Positions 37,723 through 43,721 of a DNA stretch of 64,000 bases are shown here, in pieces (position 1 is the first letter of the stretch; each line of letters opens with the position of its first letter). The position numbers and the translations under genes are program-made. This DNA is from a virus, in IMG/VR virus record IMGVR_UViG_3300024518_000034, positions 128,309 to 192,308 of that record. One strand, given 5' to 3'. Below the pieces are notes generated by a model that searched no databases, had not been told where the DNA came from, and saw only the letters and a program-made list of their open reading frames with translations.

Positions 37723-37847
37723 CCCGAATGTGGAATGGAGTTACAATTCTCTACGAAAGAAAAGATGTCGGTTCGATTCCGGCTCTCTCCGTTGGAGAGA
37801 TGGTGTAATGGTAACATAAAAAATACACTTCTTCCGTTTATGTTGGG
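37723..37847 (+). ncRNA. YrlA-type Y RNA (circularly permuted tRNA-like module on a long terminal stem)
   Basis: Order is T arm (37767-83), acceptor-like stem closed by GTT (37784-800), D arm (37803-17), with paired 5'/3' ends. Ro60 gene lies 1.2 kb downstream. Confidence 0.75.
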
Positions 37848-37853
37848 TAATAT

Positions 37854-37932
37854 GGTGGGTAGCTTAAGGAAAAAAGCGCAGGGCTTATATATGCCCTGAA
37901 GTTGCTGGGTGGAATGCCTGGCCCCGTCACCA
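37854..37932 (+). tRNA. atypical tRNA (Ile(TAT)-like, enlarged anticodon loop)
   Basis: D arm GCTT/AAGC, CAGGGC-TTATATAT-GCCCTG, 6-bp acceptor plus 6-bp T stem, ends ACCA. Confidence 0.55.
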
Positions 37933-38316
37933 GGGACTGAAATAGGATCGACAGGATTCAAGACAATATTAGTGGCACGTAGTAGTTGGTGGAATGGCTA
38001 CTTTAAAAATCTACTAAAAAAAGTTTTAATTGACAACAACAATGTCATTTCTCTGAGTGATCGTCGCAAGGGTCGTAAGACTCGTGCGTTCGCTCGCCTA
38101 GCTGCTTAATTAACAGCCAGAGCCTGAAGCACGGACTCCGATACGTGTGGACGGTCGTATCGGATTGTTTGAATTTCTTATTTTATAAAACTTAAAACTT
38201 AAAAATAAGTGGTGGAGGCAAATGGTTGCTTGTTACCTAATTTAACAAGACAAACGTGTAGAAGCTATATTTGATGGATTACTGGACGCGGGATGCGATG
38301 CCCGCCAGTTCCACCA
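37933..38316 (+). ncRNA. ssrA: tmRNA
   Basis: GGGACTG/CAGTTCC-ACCA with G3-U70, 5' ...GGATCGAC, T arm GCGGG/CCCGC, internal tag ORF ending LAA*. Confidence 0.93.
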
Positions 38317-38322
38317 AACAAA

Positions 38323-38392
38323 CGGTGTTCAGGTGATATGCGGCAGAGATTACATCAAGCTGCTGACGCTGGTTCAAAACCAGCAACACCGG
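38323..38392 (+). ncRNA. tRNA-like RNA lacking a D arm
   Basis: CGGTGTT/AACACCG, GCTGG-TTCAAAA-CCAGC, CGGCAG/CTGCTG with 13-nt loop. Confidence 0.55.
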
Positions 38393-38514
38393 TTACGTTC
38401 GATGGAATGGTCATTAATGAACAAAATGGGAACCTACCATAACCCATCGACTGAAATAAAGTAGTTGCAATTGAGGTTTCATCTTGGTATTATAGATGAA
38501 GAGTAAAAGTGAAA

Positions 38515-38671
38515 GCGAGGGTGTCGGAAGACACAAGTGGACTTAACATAAAAAAGCGTTCTTTTTATAATCTGCTCATTTATTTGAGTTACATTTTAAA
38601 AAGACTTTGAAAATATTTGTAAGGTTCGAAAGAGGACTACTGCTTGGCAGGTGAAAGCCCTGTCCCTCGCC
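38515..38671 (+). ncRNA. tRNA-like/Y-like RNA upstream of groES
   Basis: Own promoter (38465-93), GCGAGGG/CCCTCGC terminal stem, T-arm-like GCAGG-TGAAAGC-CCTGT. Confidence 0.5.
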
Positions 38672-38692
38672 ACACCTTTAAAAGGAGAATAT

Positions 38693-39004
38693 ATGCCATA
38701 CGCGGTAACGGACAGTAAGTTGGAGATGCTTGACAATAAGGTGTTAGTTAAGCCAATTAAACCACTAGAGAAGACACCAGGCGGAATAATTTTGCCAGAT
38801 GTCGCACAAGAAAAAACAAGAGAAGGCGAAGTAATATCTGTTGGTCCTGGTAAGGTGCTAGAGGATGGCAGCAGAGGTGAAATGCAAGTGAAAGAGGGAG
38901 ATCATGTACTATTCGAACATTATAACACTAATGACATCTTAATTGATGGAGAAGAGTACAGAATCATGTTTGAGCCAAGTATTTTGGCTAAACTTAAAAT
39001 ATAA
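38693..39004 (+). CDS. groES: co-chaperonin GroES
   Basis: LDNKVLVKP...KTPGGIILPD.AQEK..EGEVISVGPG, VKEGDHVLF. Start at ATG 38693 (RBS AAGGAG). Confidence 0.93.
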   Translation: MPYAVTDSKLEMLDNKVLVKPIKPLEKTPGGIILPDVAQEKTREGEVISVGPGKVLEDGSRGEMQVKEGDHVLFEHYNTNDILIDGEEYRIMFEPSILAKLKI

Positions 39005-39046
39005 CCAAGTCGGCAGTAGGGCCGAATGAAGAAAGGGAGAATTATC

Positions 39047-40594
39047 ATGAATACAATCACAAAGAACGCGGCAGGCGGTGTAGCAATTCGTAAGAGCAAG
39101 GAAAACGCTCTAGCAACAATGGTGTGTACTGGCACTCAGAACGGAGCGTTCTATGCCGACGCAAGCAAGATCACTGATGTAATGAAAGCTCTAGCTCATC
39201 AGGTAAGTCCTGAAGCTCTTGCAAAGATTTTGGTCTACGGACGCAAGAAGGGGCACATGAAAGATCTGCCTGCTCTTGGTCTGGCAATTCTTGCAACCAA
39301 GGACAGCAAGCTATTTCGTAAGGTCGCACCTCACATTCTAGACAACAGCAAGATGTTGCGTAACTTCGTTAAGTATATGCGAGATGGATCAGTGGGACGT
39401 AAGTCTCTCGGTCACGCTGCAAAGAAGGCTGTACAGAGATGGTTTGATGCAAAGGATGCTAAGGGATTGTTCTATAATTCGATTGGTAACGATCCGTCAC
39501 TGGCAGACGTAATTCGTTTGGCGCATCCAAAGCCAAAAACTAAGGAAGCTGAAAATATGTTTGCTTACATTCTTGGAAGAGAATATAAGACTAACTTGCT
39601 TCCTGACAACGTGCAGGATTATGAAAGATACAAACAGTCTGATCGTCCAGGTGGACGAGCAGTTCCGAATGTTCCGTTTCAGATGTTGGACAGTCTAGGA
39701 TTGGACAAGGCTGGATGGATTCAGATTGCAGAAAGAGCAAGCTGGCAACAAACTAGAATGCTTTTGAACACTTTTGTTAGACATGGAGTATTTGAGAGTC
39801 ATGCAGGTATGGGTAAGATAATTGCAGATAGGTTGCGTAATCGTGATCTGATCGCTAAATCTAGAGTGTTTCCATATCAGTTGTTGGTAGCATTCAAGAA
39901 CGCAGAGGGTGTTCCACAAGAAGTATTGTTGGCATTGCAGGACGCTTTGGATATTGCATGTGAGAACATTCCAGAGATCGATGGAAAGGTGTACGTATTT
40001 CCTGACGTTTCAGGCTCAATGAGAAGTCCAGTGACTGGATATCGTTACGGTGGACAGAGAAGTTCGACTGTACGTTGTGTTGACGTGGCAGCATTGTTTG
40101 CAGCAGCGCTTTTGAAAAAGAACCCTGAAGCAATCGTTAGACCGTTTGATACTAAGGTGCATCGTCCTACGTTGAATCCTAGAGACAGCGTGATGACTCT
40201 TGCAGATAAGTTGGCTAGGTATGGTGGCGGTGGAACTAATTGCTCTCTTGCTATGCAGGAGTTAAATGGGGAAGTTACTAGAGATACTTCGGCAGTAATA
40301 TATATTTCAGACAGTGAGTCTTGGGCTGATATTGAAGGACGAAACAGATATTGGTATGGTGAATCTTCAACTGGTCTGATGGATGGCTGGAACGAGTTTA
40401 AGTCACGTAACCAAGAAGCTAAGTTGGTATGTATGGATATGCAGCCGTACACTACATCGCAGGCTGACGAGCATCGTAGAGATATTTTGCTAGTCGGTGG
40501 GTTCAGCGACAGAGTATTTGATGTTGTTGCTGACTACGTGAAGTATGGTGAACGTAACTGGATGGATATCATCAACCAAGAAGTTAATCTTTAA
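39047..40594 (+). CDS. rsr: Ro60/Rsr TROVE-domain RNA-binding protein with C-terminal vWA domain
   Basis: KDLPAL, MLRNFV, GRKSLG, NDPSLADVIRLAHPKP, VFPYQL, PDVSGSM, GGGTNCS, ISDSESW, GFSD. Start at ATG 39047. Confidence 0.93.
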   Translation: MNTITKNAAGGVAIRKSKENALATMVCTGTQNGAFYADASKITDVMKALAHQVSPEALAKILVYGRKKGHMKDLPALGLAILATKDSKLFRKVAPHILDNSKMLRNFVKYMRDGSVGRKSLGHAAKKAVQRWFDAKDAKGLFYNSIGNDPSLADVIRLAHPKPKTKEAENMFAYILGREYKTNLLPDNVQDYERYKQSDRPGGRAVPNVPFQMLDSLGLDKAGWIQIAERASWQQTRMLLNTFVRHGVFESHAGMGKIIADRLRNRDLIAKSRVFPYQLLVAFKNAEGVPQEVLLALQDALDIACENIPEIDGKVYVFPDVSGSMRSPVTGYRYGGQRSSTVRCVDVAALFAAALLKKNPEAIVRPFDTKVHRPTLNPRDSVMTLADKLARYGGGGTNCSLAMQELNGEVTRDTSAVIYISDSESWADIEGRNRYWYGESSTGLMDGWNEFKSRNQEAKLVCMDMQPYTTSQADEHRRDILLVGGFSDRVFDVVADYVKYGERNWMDIINQEVNL

Positions 40595-40625
40595 AAATCA
40601 AGGATCGTGATTGGTCCTCCTTTCG

Positions 40626-40660
40626 GGAGACAGGGGATATATTCCCTTGTCTCCTTTTAT
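40626..40660 (+). terminator. intrinsic terminator after rsr
   Basis: GGAGACAGGGGA/TTCCCTTGTCTCC stem followed by TTTTAT. Confidence 0.75.
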
Positions 40661-40675
40661 TAAAGGAAAAAAGAG

Positions 40676-40864
40676 ATGAAAGTTTATGAGTGGTATCACA
40701 GTGGCGGCTACGCTTCTTGGGAAAGAATAATTGTAGTCGCTGAAGACGAAGAGACAGCGAGGCAGATGGCAAAAGATGATAGGTCTTTTATGGAAAAGAA
40801 AGTTCTAGATGGAAAACCAACCAAAATTAGTGAATTGGCATACGTTTTTTATGACTGTTATTAA
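40676..40864 (+). CDS. hypothetical protein
   Basis: 62 aa ORF with upstream AAGGA. Confidence 0.5.
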   Translation: MKVYEWYHSGGYASWERIIVVAEDEETARQMAKDDRSFMEKKVLDGKPTKISELAYVFYDCY

Positions 40865-40892
40865 GAAAACAACTATAGCATGTGTATAAAAT

Positions 40893-40964
40893 GGGGCGGT
40901 CAGTGGGCCTGGGTTGGACACTTGCAATGTCTGAAACGGAGTTCGATTCTCCGTCGCTCCACCA
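40893..40964 (+). tRNA. tRNA-Ala(TGC)
   Basis: G3-U70, loop CTTGCAA, encoded ACCA, short D arm. Confidence 0.85.
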
Positions 40965-40978
40965 TAAAGGGGGAGTAA

Positions 40979-41476
40979 ATGATTGTAGAACTAACTAAAG
41001 AACAAGTGTCGGGATGTAGGGCCTTGGCCACACTAAGACAGAACGACAATGTAAAAAAAGGCAAGAAAGATGCAGACGGTTTTAGAGGAGATCCTTTAAG
41101 ATTGCATTTTATAGGACTGCTGGGCGAGTGCGCAGCGCACACTGTGCTTGGTGGAGACTGGAACGATTTTACTGATAGTGAAATTGAGAGAAAGAAAGGC
41201 GATGTAGGGAAATACGAAGTAAGAACTACAGAATATTCAAGTGGTGGTTTATTGATTAAACCTAGAGACGTAGACGATAGGATTTATGTTTGCGTAAGAA
41301 GAGTGAATAAAAAAGAGTATAAGTTTGAAATTGCTGGATGGATGAAAGGGAAAGAAGCAAAGCAAGAGAGATTTTGGAAAGCTTATGTTAGAAAACCATG
41401 CTACATTGTGCCAGCATATAAACTAAACGACATAGAACTTTTAAAGCAAAAAGTTAAAGGGCAAATAAATGATTGA
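40979..41476 (+). CDS. hypothetical protein (possible PD-(D/E)XK-like fold)
   Basis: GLLGECAA, GDVGKYEVRTT motif. Confidence 0.55.
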   Translation: MIVELTKEQVSGCRALATLRQNDNVKKGKKDADGFRGDPLRLHFIGLLGECAAHTVLGGDWNDFTDSEIERKKGDVGKYEVRTTEYSSGGLLIKPRDVDDRIYVCVRRVNKKEYKFEIAGWMKGKEAKQERFWKAYVRKPCYIVPAYKLNDIELLKQKVKGQIND

Positions 41477-42212
41477 AGAAAGTTTAGATAAGATTGATGA
41501 ACAACTCAACGATCTGAAGGGTAAGAAAGAGCCAAATATTCTAGTAGACCTTATTGTAGACAGATCGTCTTCAATGTATCATCAAACCAAAGATGTGATT
41601 AAGGGGATTAACGAATATCTGGACGGACTAAGACAAGATAAGGAAAACAGAATATTGGTCAGCTTGACACTATTTGATGATCAGATCGAGACACCATATG
41701 TTTTGACACCAATCGCTGAAGTTCCTGTGTTAGACGATAGTGTTTATTTTCCCAGAGGATGTACAGCGTTGAACGACGCTGTAGGTATCACATTGAATAG
41801 ATTAGAAAGACACATTAGAGAGTACAAGGAAGAGCCAAAGGTTTTAGTAGTTATTCTCACAGACGGCCTGAATAACGTTACTAGAGAGTTCAAGGCAGGC
41901 GAAATACAGAAAAAGATCAGCGATTTGGATAGGGAAAAAGATAATTATACTATTGTATATTTAGGTTCACATGCAGATGCTTGGGCAGTTGGACAGTCGT
42001 TAGGTATTAGTGGCGGAAGTTCAATGTCCTTCGATCAGAATAACCTAGTAGGGACAATGAGAGGCATGTCAACAGCTACTTCGAATTATGCAAGAAGTAG
42101 GGAAAAGTCAGCACAAAGCTTTTACATGTGTGCTTCAGACACCTTCGAAAAAGAAGGTGTGACTGTGGCAGATGATGTAAAAGGAAAGCTTGACAAGATA
42201 GAAAATAAGTAG
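41469..42212 (+). CDS. von Willebrand factor A domain protein
   Basis: MIDAS DRSSSM, GCTALNDAVG, ILTDGLNN. Confidence 0.85.
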   Translation: MIEESLDKIDEQLNDLKGKKEPNILVDLIVDRSSSMYHQTKDVIKGINEYLDGLRQDKENRILVSLTLFDDQIETPYVLTPIAEVPVLDDSVYFPRGCTALNDAVGITLNRLERHIREYKEEPKVLVVILTDGLNNVTREFKAGEIQKKISDLDREKDNYTIVYLGSHADAWAVGQSLGISGGSSMSFDQNNLVGTMRGMSTATSNYARSREKSAQSFYMCASDTFEKEGVTVADDVKGKLDKIENK

Positions 42213-42227
42213 TAAGATACAAACAAC

Positions 42228-42291
42228 GCTAGATGCAAGTAGGAGCTACAATCCTTTAAATTGAATCCGCTTCTACAAACTATATGCTAGC
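42228..42291 (+). ncRNA. short Y-RNA-like hairpin, twin 2
   Basis: Same 5' GCTAGATGC and 3' ACTATATGCTAGC as 37649-37710. Confidence 0.6.
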
Positions 42292-42296
42292 ACTAA

Positions 42297-42367
42297 AGCC
42301 GGATGGTGTAATGGTAGCGCACGGGTCTTTGAAGCCTAGAGCGGAAGTTCGATTCTTCCTCCGGTTG
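42297..42367 (+). tRNA. tRNA-Gln(TTG)
   Basis: AGCCGGA/TCCGGTT, loop CTTTGAA, T loop TTCGATT. Confidence 0.8.
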
Positions 42368-42374
42368 TTATATT

Positions 42375-42445
42375 AGCCTAGTGATGTAATGGTAGCATAA
42401 GTGTTTCTGAGACATTTTGTGAGGGTTCGAATCCTTCCTAGGCTG
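42375..42445 (+). tRNA. tRNA-Gln(CTG)
   Basis: AGCCTAG/CTAGGCT, loop TTCTGAG, T loop TTCGAAT. Confidence 0.85.
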
Positions 42446-42529
42446 TTAGTCCTAGGCGTCATAAGGATGAAAATATATATTAATAAAGGATCGTTGAACG
42501 CGGTCCTTTTTTTATTGAAAGGTAATAAA

Positions 42530-43150
42530 ATGAAAAAGTTGGCAATGTTGGCACTAGTATTGATGTTGGTCGGCTGCGGAGTTTCACCAGAGTACCAGAC
42601 AAGCGACGGTATTTATATGCCAATGGCTAGATATAATGATACTCTAATTATAGATACAGACGTTAAGACGAATATGAAGTTTAAAGCTGCAATCGTTAAT
42701 TGTCTTATAAATTCTCCAAAAGCAGCTAGATATGTTAAAGAGATTCACATTACTATGGAAAAATGGGGAGATGATGGTAGATTGCATATTGGAAGATATC
42801 ATCATAGAACTAGAGTCATTACTATTTCCATAATCCCTAGATATATCGATGAGTTGGAACCAGTTGTTTATCATGAATTAGGCCACGCAATCTGGTTTCA
42901 TAGATTAAATGATAGTCAGCGTGCTAGTTGGGTGACTCTTTATAATTATAAGAAGATGGGACGTGATCTTACAGATTGGGGAATGCCATATGGGAAACGA
43001 GGACTTCCCTCTGTGTATGCAGCTAAGAACGTTAAAGAGTTTTTCGCAGAGCATTATAAGATATACAAGACAGACCAAAATCTGCACGAAATAAGGTTCT
43101 GGCAGGCCAACGATTTAATGTTTAAACAAGGAGTAATAGCACGAAAATAG
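42530..43150 (+). CDS. lipoprotein-signal zinc metallopeptidase-like protein (HExxH)
   Basis: MKKLAMLALVLMLVGC lipobox, YHELGHAIW, YAAKNVKEFFAE. Start moved to ATG 42530. Confidence 0.75.
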   Translation: MKKLAMLALVLMLVGCGVSPEYQTSDGIYMPMARYNDTLIIDTDVKTNMKFKAAIVNCLINSPKAARYVKEIHITMEKWGDDGRLHIGRYHHRTRVITISIIPRYIDELEPVVYHELGHAIWFHRLNDSQRASWVTLYNYKKMGRDLTDWGMPYGKRGLPSVYAAKNVKEFFAEHYKIYKTDQNLHEIRFWQANDLMFKQGVIARK

Positions 43151-43219
43151 TACTATAGTACTTATGGAACGCTAGGGGAAGGCGACCAGTCGCCCCGTGC
43201 AAATATAGGGTCGCCAGTT

Positions 43220-43288
43220 GGGTCGGGTGCTGGGACACAGGAGAGCCTCCAAAACTCTTTATGCCGGGTTCGATACCTGGACGGCCTG
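43220..43288 (+). tRNA. tRNA-Trp(CCA), imperfect
   Basis: Loop CTCCAAA, T arm CCGGG-TTCGATA-CCTGG, G73. Acceptor and D arm are irregular. Confidence 0.55.
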
Positions 43289-43292
43289 TTAT

Positions 43293-43721
43293 ATGAAACA
43301 ATGTACGAGATGTAAAGAAAAAAAAGAAGAGGAAGATTTTTATTGGAAAAATAAGAGAATAAGAAAAACCATATGTAAAACTTGTTGTTTGGAGTATGGG
43401 AAAAAACATTATTTAGAAAATAAAAAAACTTACATAAAACAAAGCGTAAAAAGAAACAAAGCTATAAAAGACAGAAATGTTAAAACTTTACTTCATTTTT
43501 TGAGTGACAAGGAGTGTAAAGACTGTGGTGAAAATGATCCAATAGTTTTAGAATTTGATCATAGGGATCCAAAAGAAAAAACAACTCTTGTTAGCAGATT
43601 ATATAGCTATTCTTGGAAAAGAATAAAAGAAGAAATAGATAAATGCGACATCAGATGTGCAAATTGTCATAAAAGAAAAACAGCCGTGCAGCTAGGTTGG
43701 AGAAAATTGAAATATTTGTAA
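43293..43721 (+). mobile_element. HNH endonuclease gene next to tRNA
   Basis: N-terminal CxxC...CxxC and CKDCGENDPIVLEFDH...CDIRCANCHKRKT. Start at ATG 43293. Confidence 0.85.

Noticed and set aside
37909-38109. 66-aa + strand ORF
   Set aside because: It overlaps a tRNA-like gene and the tmRNA. Only its last 25 codons are meaningful, as the tmRNA tag.
36856-43292. ORF-track starts at 36856, 38651, 42401 and 43218
   Set aside because: These starts fall inside tRNA or ncRNA structures. Downstream ATGs with better context (36934, 38693, 42530, 43293) were used instead.
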